DNA of 63,684 nucleotides, counting the filler, from Octopus bimaculoides (taxonomy: Eukaryota), in NCBI RefSeq assembly GCF_001194135.2. It is 5 parts of 5 records of this genome, joined end to end, with 100 filler letters (N's around TTAATTAATTAA, not from the genome) between each part and the next. Parts side by side here need not be neighbours in the genome. Positions count along the whole stretch, not along the records: positions 1 to 24,724 come from NC_068983.1; 4 more parts are not named here. One strand, 5' to 3'. The translations under genes were made by a program, and so were the position numbers. This document shows, one piece after another, positions 1 to 14,137 of the stretch. Position 1 is the stretch's first letter. Each line of letters opens with the position of its first letter. Below the pieces are notes generated by a model, which did no database searches, was not told the origin of the DNA, and was given only the letters and a program-made list of their open reading frames with translations.

Positions 1-1153
1 TCATTGAATCCATAATGGTCGGTTGAGAACTTTAAGATCTCTCAACTGTAACCGCTAACTTTACTCAACTATCTAAGCAGGCCTGCAAAAGGAATCAACA
101 AACATTGTTGCCAGAAACATTTGCAGAAGCAAATCAAAAGTTCCAGTCTATTGCAATAATATCATTGATAATTTCGTTTTTGTATTTAGTTTGCAAGATT
201 CTTGATGTGAATTCGTGTGTTGAAACACGAATTCTTCTTGTGTCTTAGGAGTGTCATTACACCAATAATAATATAACACACACCGGTCCAATATCATTTG
301 TTTATTGTTAGTTAACTGGTTAAATAGCTAAACATCTAACTAAACGGTTGCAACTTCTTCAATATCTTAGCCTCTCTCTTCAACGGCTGCCTTGAATCTG
401 TCCGAGAATTAGTTTTACGCCTTTGTGTAAGTATGCTTGTATGTATGTAGATGTTTTTGCTTAGAAAAGAAGGTAATAGTGAGAGTAAAAAGGGTTTATA
501 TGTATGTGTGTGCAGGTGCGTGTCCATGTGGCTGTGTTACACTCGCATGACTGCTTATATATGTGGGGTGTTTTTGGTGAGGGTGTCTGCATTAGTCATC
601 CGTGACGTTTTACGAGTTCGGCCTTTTGTTCAAGGTTAGTTCGTTTTCAGATTTGCTGGGATTCGCTTGTCATCCCATAAAGATTTATGGGTGTAATTTG
701 TTATGTGAGGAGGCAGAGAAGGATGGGAGGACATGATGTGTGTATGTATATGAGAGAGAGAGAGAGAGAGAGAGAGTGAGCATCTGCGCGCACGCGTGTC
801 TGTGTGCGCGCGTGAGTGTGTGGTGTAGTGTGCATGTTTTTTGGGTAGATGGTTCTGTGAGCGACTGTGTATGTTCGTATGTGTGTATATGCGTGAGTAT
901 TTGCTTATGTGAATGCATTCCAGTAAGTGTGTGTGCGTGTCTGCGTGCTTGCAGAGGTCGCGAATAGCCATGAAAGGTCTTTGACTAACAAACATTCGAC
1001 TGATTGCTTAACCAGCACTTTAAACAAATGTCGATTAGTTAGTTGGTTGGATATTTAACCAATTGACAAATATTAAAGATGTGATATTAAACCAGTGCGT
1101 GTGTAATTATTATTGGCGTAATACTCCTCTCAAGACACAAACAAATTATCGAC

Positions 1154-1364
1154 TTCAAATTTTGGCACAGGGCCAGCAATTTCGGGGGAATGGGTAAGTC
1201 GATTACATCGACCTCAGTTGTTCAGCTGGTACTAATCTTATCAACCCCGAAAGGATGAACGGCAAAGTCAATCTCGGTGGAATTTTTACTCTGAACTTAA
1301 AGATGAAGGAAATGCTAGGCATTTTGCTCGGCGCGATATCGATTCTGCCAGTCTGCCACCTTAA
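1154..1364 (-). mobile_element. tRNA-derived SINE, family A
   Basis: Reverse complement resembles the + copy at 29616 (aaggcggcgagctggcagaa...gagttcaaatt...cctttcatcctttcg..gtcgat); family recurs many times in the window. Confidence 0.85.
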
Positions 1365-1789
1365 GAAAACTATCGATAATAGCCATATTCTTATTTGCTC
1401 ACAAGAGTAACAGAAAACGAGACCTTCGAAGGGCAATTTACAAAAATGATTGATGCAGAATCAATTATTAAAATAAAACAAGCATAGACAACAATAGCTA
1501 CAAATTAAATTAAATGAGAAATTAGGAACAGCCACATATGGACAATAGAAGAACCGATACACCCATTATTACCTTGGTTACCAGAGATTTTCTCTGGTTT
1601 AGAGATGCAAGCTGATAACAGCATATCAACAAAATCACTGGAGGAAAAACTTCTCTCCCCACATTCACTATTCTTTCCAAGTGGAGATTCAAACTGATAG
1701 GTGCTCAGCAAAATGGAAAAGTATGAATACTCTGTTCCTTTAGTCCCATGCATTATACAGCTTTTGGAGATAGCCTTTAAACAGGTAGA

Positions 1790-2440
1790 AAATCTCTCCT
1801 AACCCGACCAAAGGAAAAGAGTAGGGCAAATACTCATTGGTTTCAAATTTTGGTACAAGGTCAGCATCTTCGGGTAGGGTCAAAGTCGATTACATCGATC
1901 CCCAGTATTCAACTGGAATTTATTTTATCGACCCCTGAAGGATGCAAGGTAAAGTTGACCTCACGGAATTTAAACTCAGAACGGGAAGACGGACAAAATG
2001 CTGCCAGGCATTTAGCTTGGCGTGCTTATGATTCTGCCAGCTTGCCGCCTACGTCAAATACATATTAAGAAGAAAAAAAGCCTACCAATTACAGATTAAA
2101 GAGAGAAGCGTGTCTAAGCATAGCATGGATTGATTATGAGAAATCCTTTGACGTGTTTCCTATACATCGATGATGAAAACACAAGTCATGGGTAGCCTTA
2201 ATAAGTAGGTACACGAAGCATATCATAACAAGTGACAAGTAATTCTATAGATAGAAACAAATAAAATACCAAAATATATTATCTCTATAAAGAGGGAATT
2301 TCTATCCATCTTCTTTTACGTAGCATTATACCATTAACCAACACGTTACACCAGACTAGTGTCCGATACACATTCCATAGTAAGATAATCTTTTGTTACA
2401 CGGGCAATCTCATTTGCACGCTACAGGTGAAAAACAACTG
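1790..2440 (+). pseudogene. Degraded RT fragment of an RLE-type (R4/Dong-like) LINE, interrupted by a SINE
   Basis: LSIAWIDYEKSFDVFP near 2115-2160 resembles the RT motif AWIDYKKAFDSVPH; weak downstream similarity to the LSPLLF..ALIPL region; stops and frameshifts. Confidence 0.45.
1836..2051 (-). mobile_element. tRNA-derived SINE, family A
   Basis: Aligns by eye with the copies at 1154, 7935 and 58761. Confidence 0.85.
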
Positions 2441-2868
2441 AAATACTGCTACAGTAGTACACTTGCTGCAAAGATTCATAAAACTCAATGTAGAAAAATA
2501 TGCATGTACGTATGTCATTGTTCAGTTTTATTTCAAAATATCTTGCCAATAGAGAAAGAGCCGGTTCATTAGAATTTCAACATCAACAACAGGGTATTTT
2601 TGTTTGTATGTATGTATGCATGTATGTATGCATATGTACAGATTTGTTTGTTTTGCTTTATGTGTGTATGCTCATGCATATAGTTGCATATCTAGACATG
2701 CTCATATATATCTAAATGATAAACTTCTGGAAAGTTTTACAGATTTTTACAGTTCCAGTGAAGGATTGGATCTGTACGTATGTATTTGCAAATGTGTATC
2801 TATGCTTATTGCTTTCTGTTCGACCTAGAGTCTGTGCAATCTGACTGCAATATCTATACATATGCAAA

Positions 2869-2937
2869 GGAATGGCTGTGCAGTAAGTAGATTGCTTACC
2901 AACCACATGGTTCCGGGTTCAGTCCCACTGCGTGGAG
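2869..2937 (+). mobile_element. tRNA-derived SINE head, family B (cut by gap)
   Basis: ttgcttaccaaccacatggttccgggttcagtcccactgcgtgg; related to 18440, 31315 and 53820. Confidence 0.75.
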
Positions 2938-3731
2938 NNNNNNNNNNNNNNNNNNNNNNNNNNNNNNNNNNNNNNNNNNNNNNNNNNNNNNNNNNNNNNN
3001 NNNNNNNNNNNNNNNNNNNNNNNNNNNNNNNNNNNNNNNNNNNNNNNNNNNNNNNNNNNNNNNNNNNNNNNNNNNNNNNNNNNNNNNNNNNNNNNNNNNN
3101 NNNNNNNNNNNNNNNNNNNNNNNNNNNNNNNNNNNNNNNNNNNNNNNNNNNNNNNNNNNNNNNNNNNNNNNNNNNNNNNNNNNNNNNNNNNNNNNNNNNN
3201 NNNNNNNNNNNNNNNNNNNNNNNNNNNNNNNNNNNNNNNNNNNNNNNNNNNNNNNNNNNNNNNNNNNNNNNNNNNNNNNNNNNNNNNNNNNNNNNNNNNN
3301 NNNNNNNNNNNNNNNNNNNNNNNNNNNNNNNNNNNNNNNNNNNNNNNNNNNNNNNNNNNNNNNNNNNNNNNNNNNNNNNNNNNNNNNNNNNNNNNNNNNN
3401 NNNNNNNNNNNNNNNNNNNNNNNNNNNNNNNNNNNNNNNNNNNNNNNNNNNNNNNNNNNNNNNNNTATGTATGTATGTATGTATGTATGTATGCACGTAT
3501 GTATGTATGCACGTATGTACTTATGTATGTGAGTATTTAAGTAAGTGTGTAGATGTGTCTGCGTGTGTGTACATGTGTATGTACATGTGAACGTATGTTT
3601 ATGTACTGAATTGTGTCTGTTCAAGTTGTATACGTGACTGTTACTTTGTCGAAAGTTGTGTACACACACACACACACGCACACATACACGCACACACACA
3701 CACACACACGCACACAGACACACACACACAC

Positions 3732-3804
<73 letters not shown>

Positions 3805-4599
3805 CGCGTGTGTCCCTCTCACCATCTTCTAACGGTGAATGGATACAATGTCTTAGATACGTTAATGCAAATTTAAACCTACCTATGCATATATACAAGC
3901 ACACACAATCATATAAACACTTATACACACTCACATATATATGTATAATCTTAAGTCATACACACATATTCGCTTATCCATCTACACATATATATGTCAC
4001 TATTTTCGCGGACAACGGTTAAAATTCAAATTAGCTTTTTTCCTCTTTTTTATCCTTTTATTTTTTAAATATTATTCTTATTTACTTANNNNNNNNNNNN
4101 NNNNNNNNNNNNNNNNNNNNNNNNNNNNNNNNNNNNNNNNNNNNNNNNNNNNNNNNNNNNNNNNNNNNNNNNNNNNNNNNNNNNNNNNNNNNNNNNNNNN
4201 NNNNNNNNNNNNNNNNNNNNNNNNNNNNNNNNNNNNNNNNNNNNNNNNNNNNNNNNNNNNNNNNNNNNNNNNNNNNNNNNNNNNNNNNNNNNNNNNNNNN
4301 NNNNNNNNNNNNNNNNNNNNNNNNNNNNNNNNNNNNNNNNNNNNNNNNTATATATATACATATACATATACATATACACACACCCACACACAGCCACACA
4401 TGTACATACAAACACACACACGCACATACACATACACACACACATACATATTCATGTATGCATATATATATTAAAGCTGAAATATATGTGCATAAATATC
4501 TGTACACCATAAATTCATTAATGAACCTTCCCATCTATTATTAGTGTTAATTTAATTTATCCCTATGTTCTAACACCCGATTCGCTTTATTATTAATTA

Positions 4600-6070
4600 T
4601 TGTTTATTTTTTGAGCATTCCTACCCGTTCCTCGGAAGTTTTTTTTTTTTTTGTGACCTTATCACATTTAACTGTTTAGTTTTTACATCCGCCTACCACC
4701 CAAATTGTAACGTAAATTACACTGTTATGTCTTGGAAAAAACTGCCACCCAATCAAATTGGTAAGCTGGGGAGCGGCACCAGACGTCAGTGGATAGTCTA
4801 GCAGTAGGGTCTCGTACTTGTTGTCGGTGAATGGTCAGTCCATTTCTTAAAGTAAGCTTTGTTTGACTTATGCAATCTTCATTACATTCTTGATATTTTA
4901 TAGCGTATATTCAATTCTTCGGAGAATATGTAAAGTGAATTTTTATGGCAAAAATATGTCCTGATTTGAATTTGTGTGTTGTGTTTTCAATAAGGTTGGT
5001 GCAAGTCCCATAAATGGGGCGGCCACACTTTTTGACTGTTGGTGTAGGAACTGTGAAATGAAACTTAGCACTTGTAAGGAATTTTTGAGGGACTCTGATT
5101 GTCTTTTACTTTTGATTATTTTCTGTATTTCGAATACTTGTTTCACTCTCGGGTCTTGCTTTAGTGGTGGGATATTTTGGTGGATAATACTGTAAAACCT
5201 CTATGTTTCTTGGATTGCGTGTTGTAATGTGTCTGGAGCGTTTTATTTTTTCCTTTTCATAGTTCTTGGATATTCATTGTTTTGACACATTCTATTCCAT
5301 TGTCTATTAACATTAATGGATACTGTCTTTTAAGTAGTACTTGTTTTAGTTCCTGGAGTCTTTTAATGCGAGTTTCAGGGTTTTAGATTTTTGGGCAGTT
5401 TCTTCTTGCTATATTAAAGGGAATATTATTCTTCATGTGCTTAAGATGGCATGAGGAGAACGCTAAATATTGTTTAGAATCTGTTCGTTTCTAGTGAATG
5501 TCTGTTTCAATGTTTTTTATCTCTTTTTATGATTATTATATCCAGGAATGGTAGTTGAGTTTTACTGTATCCCACGGTAAAGTTGATATTATTGTTTATG
5601 CTATTTATTAGGTTTTTGAAATCTATAAATTGTTCAAATGTGTGCGTCCATACGATTGGGCAGTCATCTAAGTATTGTTTCCAGTTTTCTAGTAGATATT
5701 TGGGAAAGTTCAAAGCCACATTTTAATTTAGATTGTTCATATATCTAAACCTCTATGTATGTCATGACTAGATTGGCGTAAGTCGGAGCAATTTTTGCCC
5801 CCATCTCAGTCTCAGATATTTGTTTGTAAATATTGCCATCGAAATCAAAAAAGTTGCTTTCGAGGACAAGCTTTAATCCTTCAGAAATAAAACTCTTTTC
5901 AATTCTGTCTGGAATTTCATGAGGGAATTTCTCAGGCCAGAAATATATTGCCTTTAGTCCATATTGGTGTGGGATTGTGGTATAGAGGTTTACCACATCA
6001 TAAGTTATAATAGTGGTTATAAAAAGATATAATTTGGTTGTTTGATAAGTCCATGTCGTCCCTCATAAAA
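4600..6070 (-). mobile_element. Penelope-like retroelement remnant (RT + GIY-YIG endonuclease pseudogene)
   Basis: Minus-strand peptides VNLYTTIPH (RT motif A), MGAKIAPTYANLVM (motif B), QYLDD (motif C), LPFLDIII, TDSKQYL, then CGRPIYGTC and QTKLTLRNGLTIHRQQVRDP (Penelope CCHH linker/GIY-YIG region); many stops and frameshifts. Confidence 0.85.
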
Positions 6071-6239
6071 GTCAGTGCATTTTCAACCTTCTATTTACTT
6101 ATATNNNNNNNNNNNNNNNNNNNNNNNNNNNNNNNNNNNNNNNNNNNNNNNNNNNNNNNNNNNNNNNNNNNNNNNNNNNNNNNNNNNNNNNNNNNNNNNN
6201 NNNNNNNNNNNNNNNNNNNNNNNNNNNNNNNNNNNNNTA

Positions 6240-6320
6240 TATATGCCCCAGCATGATCAAATGGTGGTGCCCCAGCATGGCCACAGCCCATGAGCTGAAA
6301 CTAGATAAAATGAAAAAATG
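6240..6320 (+). mobile_element. SINE 3' segment, family C
   Basis: ggtggtgccccagcatggccacagc...gaaactagataaaa matches the tails of the copies at 37185 and 47150. Confidence 0.65.
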
Positions 6321-7934
6321 AAAAATGAATACATTTGTGTGTGCGTATGTGTGTGTGTGTATACACGTACACACGTATATACACACGTATGACTATGGAT
6401 TATATATAGTTGAAAAGCTTCTACTATTTTGATTATTATGCACATGATTACAAACAATTGTAACGATCACGTAATTATTTCGGCACGAACGACGCTAATA
6501 ATATTTATTCCATGAGCAATTTTAAATTTTGTATATTCGGCAATATTTCGTACAATGATATGTTAAATGTACCCTTGAAATCAAGCTGATAAACCTCGTC
6601 AATCCAATGCATCGGAGAAAGCCTAGAGTAGACTAAATAATTGCCCGTTGTTCTGCGGTAGAACGAGTCTCAATTAGATAGTTACCCTTGTCGGTGGAAT
6701 CTTGCTCTGGCAAATCCATTTATCTGTTACTTCTAACAGCTCTTTAAAGTAACTGAGATTTGACAAGTTATTGTTTGTATCTGCCCATACTGAGAAGATA
6801 CTGCTTCAATTTTTTATTGTTCTTATTTTAATTCTGTGCTATATTATTTGAAGGAAATTTTAGTCGTTATTTCTAGCAAATCCAAATACCGTAAATAGAA
6901 TTCTTTTTTGGCTCTATATCGAAAAATAATTAATTAACTCTTTGTGCTGTATTCAAATCCGAAAACAACTTCAAATCTGCAATAGATTGACTTTATTCTC
7001 CCCTGAAACATATGTTTCAGCATAATTCACCTCAAAATGCAAAGCGTCCTTTTGAGGTATGAGAAGTACACAAAAATATCATTCAAGTTTGAATCGCTCA
7101 ATATTTCCACAATTCACTAGACTATTTGTATACTAGTGCAGGGAACGGAAAATTTTCACTTAGTATATTCGCATAAACATTCTACAAGTGAATGGAATTA
7201 TATTAGAAGGATATGAAATATTTCAAGTCCTATTTAGTTGATTTAATCACATGGACTGGCTAGAAATAAGGGAACACTTTAAAACATCAATTTTCATATC
7301 CCTTATGTGAAGTATATTGAAATATCACATACACACAAACGCATAAAATCAAAGTAACACGCATAAACACTTATATTGATATATTCATGCATGTAAATAT
7401 ATGAGCGCGTATATGAGTGTATGTATAAGTGTATGTATATTGCTTTAGAGATTACAATAGTACACATTGCTGTTAGTTGAATGGTCCCAGTTATCAGTCG
7501 GTGCTGTAACAAACATGGCCATTCATTCCCTTCAAGCATTTGATAGAATTTCATCACCATAGCAGATATTTCCGGAAGGTTACCTAGCAACTAGTTATAT
7601 GAGAATTTATTCACCTCACTTTGTTGTCGCCATCTATTCTTTCTCTTCTATCAATTGAATTTGTGCTCTTTTAAATTTTCTTGGGATATTTAGATGAACA
7701 ACCGTGCGCACTATACAAATCTCGTAATAAAGAAATCTCAACAATACATCTAGACAGAATTATCTCAGACAAAAGTCATTCATCGCTTTACAATAAATAT
7801 TAATATATTTTGCATCATGCATGTTGTAATTGCATTGCTATATTACAAAATTTAATGAAGTTTGGCAAAGTGAGAGCGTCACATGTTCTCGTTTCTCTTA
7901 ATATATTCGAGATGACTCTTGATGCCGGAAACAC

Positions 7935-8132
7935 ATATTGGTTCCAAATTTTAGCACAAGGCCAGCATTTTCGGGGGAGCGGGTAAATCGATTACATCGA
8001 CCCAAGTGTTCACCAAAGGAATGAAGAGCAAAGTCGACTTCGGCGGGATTTAAACGCAGAACGTTTTGTTGGACGAAATACCGCTAAGCATTTTGCCCGG
8101 TGGGTTAACGATTCTGCCAGCTCGCCGCCTTG
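7935..8132 (-). mobile_element. tRNA-derived SINE, family A
   Basis: Ends in attctgccagctcgccgccttg, the reverse complement of the SINE head. Confidence 0.85.
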
Positions 8133-9479
8133 GAGGAAACACGTATTATGAATTGACCATTTAAATCTCTAGCATGATAAAGATTTTAAATGTATATCTA
8201 CGGTGGAGAATCAACTCTACTAAAAACTAACTAAAACGTGGCGAAGTAACTTCAAGCAGAATTTCGAAAACAAATTCGATGAGATACAGAGTCTGGTTTG
8301 TTGCATTGTTTTCCAGAGTTAACTCAAACTGGAGACATCGAGATCACTATTACTTTCTTAGCGAGTGTTCACAATAGTATAGAAAAGAAAATTGAGTACC
8401 ACGATGTGAACATTTCCTTTTGGGCCACTTTATCTAAAATAATGGTGCGAACGGCTTTAATACTTGAATGATATTTTTTATTGACTCTGAAGGAATAAAA
8501 TAAAAAGTCGACTTCAATAGGATTTGATCTCAGAGTGTAGAGAGCCGGAATACATACCTCAAAATATTTAATTGAACAACACTATTCACTCAGCCAATTC
8601 GTCACCTGTCAATTAAATAAGTACCTGTAATATACTGAGGACAATCCTGTCAAATATAACTTCTTGTTTTTCAAAACAAATTTCACAGTATATATGATAC
8701 ATTTGGTATACTAAAGATAGAATAATGCTAACATTTACATTTCTTGGACTGATATTTAAGTCTTTTTATACTTTTTTCTTTTTCTCTAATTAACATCTCA
8801 GTAGCATAGAAAACAGAATATGGAAGAATTGCTTGGATAATGGAAAATTGGGAAAATATATATATCTTGTAGAAAATATATAACGTATTGTATTTTTATG
8901 GATATTCGATTTTAATTAAGTTGGAGTTAATATTATATGATATGAGATTAAATTAAAGATCATTTTAATGAAATTTTATTGCAAAATCATTCAATGATTG
9001 TGAGAAATTAAGGTGCAGTTTTCCAACAAAATTCTTGAAAAACATATACTACAGTTCCTTTCCGAAAACAGCTTTTCCAATACATGTGAAAGCATGTTTG
9101 TACATTGGAATAAGAAACTTAACACAATACCACGTTAAGACATAGTAAATTATGATATAGTCGTTGAATATGTTGAAAGCATGCTCTACTTTCACTATGC
9201 AGCTAGCCTCATTTATATGTAAATTTCTAGTTTAAGCCCAAAGTCGCACATATTAGTGGAGATCCACATTAAATTGAATCAAGCTCGGTATATGATTGCT
9301 GAATGTTATCGATCCCAAAAAGTAAAATGCAAAGTGAATTTTGATGGTTTTTAAAACCAGATCGTAAAGTACTCTTGTTCTTAATTAAAATGAATCAATA
9401 TGATAGCGATATGAGAGTGTGGCATATTAGCAGAAATAGGTGATTGCTGCATCAAATGTTATGTGTTAAATTTTGTAAT

Positions 9480-10600
9480 TCTACAAATTCTCCAGTGTCA
9501 CTTTTCCTTTTCACTTGTCTGAGTCATCAAAGAAGTTAAATGTGAAGAGCTTTATTGTGCATATGTGCAATGAAGTCAAATACTTGATCTTTATGAACCA
9601 CATGGATTCGTGGATTGCTATCAACCCTCTAGACATTAAGGTGTACCAGAATATGAATTATTTTATGTTAACCCATTTAGGACAGTGGTAGTGTGACTAC
9701 AGCCAGAAATTTATTCTGGGCAAATTCTCTTCGACCGACTGTAAGGTACTCAAGATCATGAAGAAAAGGTTTTGTCGTATAATTTTAATAAGTACCGAAA
9801 CTTATTTTTGTTGGTGAATTGTTTTTATGCGAATAGCCAAACTTGTCGCATTATCAGCGTCATATATTATTCTACAGCAAGAATGTTCCAATAATATGAA
9901 TGTGTTGTAAACATAAGTATGCATTCCGAAATTGAACCATTAGTAACTATTCTTTACACCGTTCCAAATATTTGTGCCCACCAATACTCTCTTGATTTTT
10001 TGTAGAATCAAAACCAAACTCAGAGTTTTTTCTATGAGAATTTATAGAATACATTGTATCAATCGCCTCAAAAGCCAAGTTATAAATCAAAGACGTATAT
10101 ATCTGATTAGTTTATTAAGAAGAATAAGGTCTCACTTATATTACTTCTGTTATTTTTCCCTAGATTCTAACACAGATAGCGACAGCTAGTTGCTTGAAAG
10201 AATGAGGCACTGATATATTTGTGGCAACAAAATGTAAAGAAACTATTGTCAGAGAAAAATAATATTCTCTGTGCATTTCTAAATATCATTGCTAAATACT
10301 TCTGAAACTCCAATCAATGGATACTGAGATAATACATGAGCTTATCTGTAAAGTAACCTCCCCTGCCCAACCCGATCAATGCTGACTGTATTGTTAATAC
10401 ATTTACGCTATGTGTGGCAACTGTATAAATCATGTGACAAATCAACGGTCAAATCTCGTGTGTCATTATTGGAAATCGGTCCATTCCATATGTCGCCAAC
10501 AAATAGTAATTCATCCAGACTAGTGTAAAAAGCACTGTAAAAAGTAGAATGGAAGAAATTTTCAAAACCAGAAAAATATTGTTGCGTTATATTATTAATC
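9480..10600 (-). pseudogene. Highly degraded LINE ORF2 remnant (APE endonuclease-like)
   Basis: Minus frame ELLFVGDIWNG resembles the IVGDFN motif; weak KGKV..NYK similarity further 3'; many stops. Confidence 0.35.
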
Positions 10601-11635
10601 CCGACTAAAATCGGTATTCATTAATAATTCTTTTGGTGAATATCAATACTGTTCTTCTACAGAATGCCATTCTGATTTAATATCAGAGTCACTTTATATT
10701 CTAGTAAATTCCAGTCAAATAGAAGAACACTTCTGGTTAATATTTGTATATGTTCCAATAGAGAATAGTTCGGAAATCGATGAAGTTTATCCTATGTTCA
10801 ATTGCTCAAATGCAAATGGACACAGTTGTTAGCTTTTCTAAAGAAAACTGTTCGAAGAAATTTGGCAAAGCTTTTTATTAGAATGTTGTGTTAGGTTTCT
10901 TCTTCCCCGAGGATGACTTAGTAATCACTAATGACAATGTTCTTAGATTAACAGATAAATTATGTATAGAAAGGAAAATGTGACTATCAGCGTATTTAAC
11001 TTGAAGATACTGTGGTGGGATAATTCTGTGAAACTCCGTCCAGGAATTTAGGGATTAGACTTGCCACTTGAGACATAAAATGTGAATACATTTTAATAGT
11101 AATATTGAATATTTGTTTGGAATACGTATAGTTGAATTAAAAGGCACAGTATATTATCAGTATTTATATACCTTTCGCTGCAGATAAATCGACAAAATCT
11201 TACCCATCGGATCGCATAGTAGATAGAGATGTATAATACATAACAATCAAAGTAAGAGATATGATGGCAACAAGATAAAATGTAACTGTGAAAAATATAC
11301 TATAACGTGAAGAAACAACCACCCAATACGGCTTTCAGCTATGTAGCTGATGCAATGTAAACTTTAAACATACTGCTAGAATTTATAGTGTTCTATTATT
11401 GTAGTTCAGAACTGTAAAATATATTTCTGGCAATGTAATTTTGTAATGTAGTAGAAATTTCAACGGGAACTGGACTCATAATGTACATTTTGCTCACTAG
11501 AATACACACCCAGCAGGATTTCGATTACTATAACTGGTTAAATTTGAGAATATTAGTTGTATAAGTGCACAATAATAGAGTTATCCGAATGTTATAAAGA
11601 TATGTTATTAAAAAGTTTGATTATAAAAATGCGGC

Positions 11636-11800
11636 TAAGGCGGTCAGCTGGTAATATCGTCAGCACGTTGGCCAAAATGTCTAGCGGCATTTCGTCCGTC
11701 TTTACGTTCTGAGTTCACCTTCCGGAGAAGTTGACTTTACCTTTCATCCTTTCGGGGTCGATAAAGTAAGTACCTTGTGCCAAAATTCGAAACCAATATT
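11636..11800 (+). mobile_element. tRNA-derived SINE, family A (internally deleted)
   Basis: taaggcggtcagctgg...cctttcatcctttcggggtcgataaag...ccaatatt. Confidence 0.85.
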
Positions 11801-12061
11801 AAAATGCGGGGTGAAATCCTTTAAACCTATTATAAGAGTCACAGTTTTTTTTATCTATGACTTCAACCCCCTTTCTTTCAACTCCTTTCTTTCAACGCCA
11901 CTTTATTGCTTAATAACGTCAGAAACTCAGAGATAGCATAAAGAAGGTCTGGTTATAAAACTTTTCGAGATATCTTATCAAACATATCTCATTAAAAATA
12001 TACTTGTTATCACTCGAGCTACTACTGATGCTATAATAGCAAATCAGAAAGATATGTGTAT

Positions 12062-12096
<35 letters not shown>

Positions 12097-12199
12097 CTGT
12101 CTCCTTATGTAGCACGCTCATATATATACATACACAAACATACACACGCCTTTCGCTCTATCACTGTACCGACACAGTGAGCTTCCGTTCTTCCCTTGA

Positions 12200-12470
12200 T
12201 TGCGCCGTTTTCTTACATTTGAATCCGTTTCTGTTTTTATATTTCTTTGCTGTGTCGTCTTTACCTTGTCTTGGATGTATACCGAGGGATTTCTTCGATA
12301 GCATTCTTCAGTTACACGATTTCATCTTTTGTCTGTGAGCTGTGTGACATGTTAGGAGCAGCAGAACTTGAATTTCTGTATTCCGAAAACACATTGTCAA
12401 CTCCACTCCGTTCTCAAATTACCTCCTTTACGATATGACCCTGCAGTGCTATTCCTAGCATGGAATTTCC
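12200..12470 (-). pseudogene. RTE-clade LINE ORF2 C-terminal remnant
   Basis: SMLGIALQGHIVKEVI*ERSGVDNVFSEYR resembles the RTE pattern MLGISLRDHIRNEVIRERSGV..I..EYR. Confidence 0.6.
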
Positions 12471-12538
12471 CTGGCCTTTTTTCTTTTTATTGTTTTTGTT
12501 ATACGTACATATGCGTAATACAAAATTATGACATCACT

Positions 12539-12760
<222 letters not shown>

Positions 12761-13311
12761 TAACTATACTCAAAGCACCGCTAACGGAGATTTCTTTCAA
12801 TCATAACTATGTATTATTTGTCTACTACTTCAAGATTTGCGTTGATACAGTTGAGCTCCACATGCTTCTAAATAAAATGCCTCAACATCTCATTCTTATG
12901 GCATATTATGCTATTTCTGTATGAAGAGCTAGTATATGTTGTCGTTTTTCTTGAGTAATTGTAACTGTATCAATACCATACTTATTGAATAATACTCTGT
13001 ATTTGTAGTTAGTGGGGAAGTATTTATGAAATATCGCGATTCTGGTTGTAAAATTTTACGTAAACGATGTAAATTAGAGGTAAATCAATTACCCGCGTGA
13101 ACCTCTGAGTTAAATTCTTTAACATGGACAGAATCTGTCAAAAGAAGTAGGCTTGATAATAGTTGATGTAATTTCTTCTTTGGATTACGTCTTTTGAACG
13201 CTAATTTTAATACTGAAGGGTAAAATTCTCTGTACACACACACATACACCCACACAAACACACACACACACACAAACCCACACACATACAAACCCATACA
13301 CACAAACATAT

Positions 13312-13357
<46 letters not shown>

Positions 13358-14137
13358 NNNNNNNNNNNNNNNNNNNNNNNNNNNNNNNNNNNNNNNNNNN
13401 NNNNNNNNNNNNNNNNNNNNNNNNNNNNNNNNNNNNNNNNNNNNNNNNNNNNNNNNNNNNNNNNNNNNNNNNNNNNNNNNNNNNNNNNNNNNNNNNNNNN
13501 NNNNNNNNNNNNNNNNNNNNNNNNNNNNNNNNNNNNNNNNNNNNNNNNNNNNNNNNNNNNNNNNNNNNNNNNNNNNNNNNNNNNNNNNNNNNNNNNNNNN
13601 NNNNNNNNNNNNNNNNNNNNNNNNNNNNNNNNNNNNNNNNNNNNNNNNNNNNNNNNNNNNNNNNNNNNNNNNNNNNNNNNNNNNNNNNNNNNNNNNNNNN
13701 NNNNNNNNNNNNNNNNNNNNNNNNNNNNNNNNNNNNNNNNNNNNNNNNNNNNNNNNNNNNNNNNNNNNNNNNNNNNNNNNNNNNNNNNNNNNNNNNNNNN
13801 NNNNNNNNNNNNNNNNNNNNNNNNNNNNNNNNNNNNNNNNNNNNNNNNNNNNNNNNNNNNNNNNNNNNNNNNNNNNAGCAGATATGCCCGGCGGTGCCCG
13901 GGTTAAAAAGAATAAGGAAATTTAAAAACGCCATCTAGATTTCTCAATTCTCAACTGCTAGTAGCTGAGATACGAACTTCTTGCATTAATAACTCTCCAA
14001 TCCATGCCAGTATGGAACATAGACGTTAAGTGAAATGTTAAAAGAAAGTTTTTGAACTCATATATGTATATACAGTAAATACACGTCATTCAAAAACGTA
14101 GCTTATTTCGTTACCAAAAAAAAACAAGTACAGATTA

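Noticed and set aside
4490-4560. Possible hammerhead at the 3' end of the Penelope remnant
   Set aside because: Only ttaatga instead of ctgatga, and no downstream GAAA or stems.
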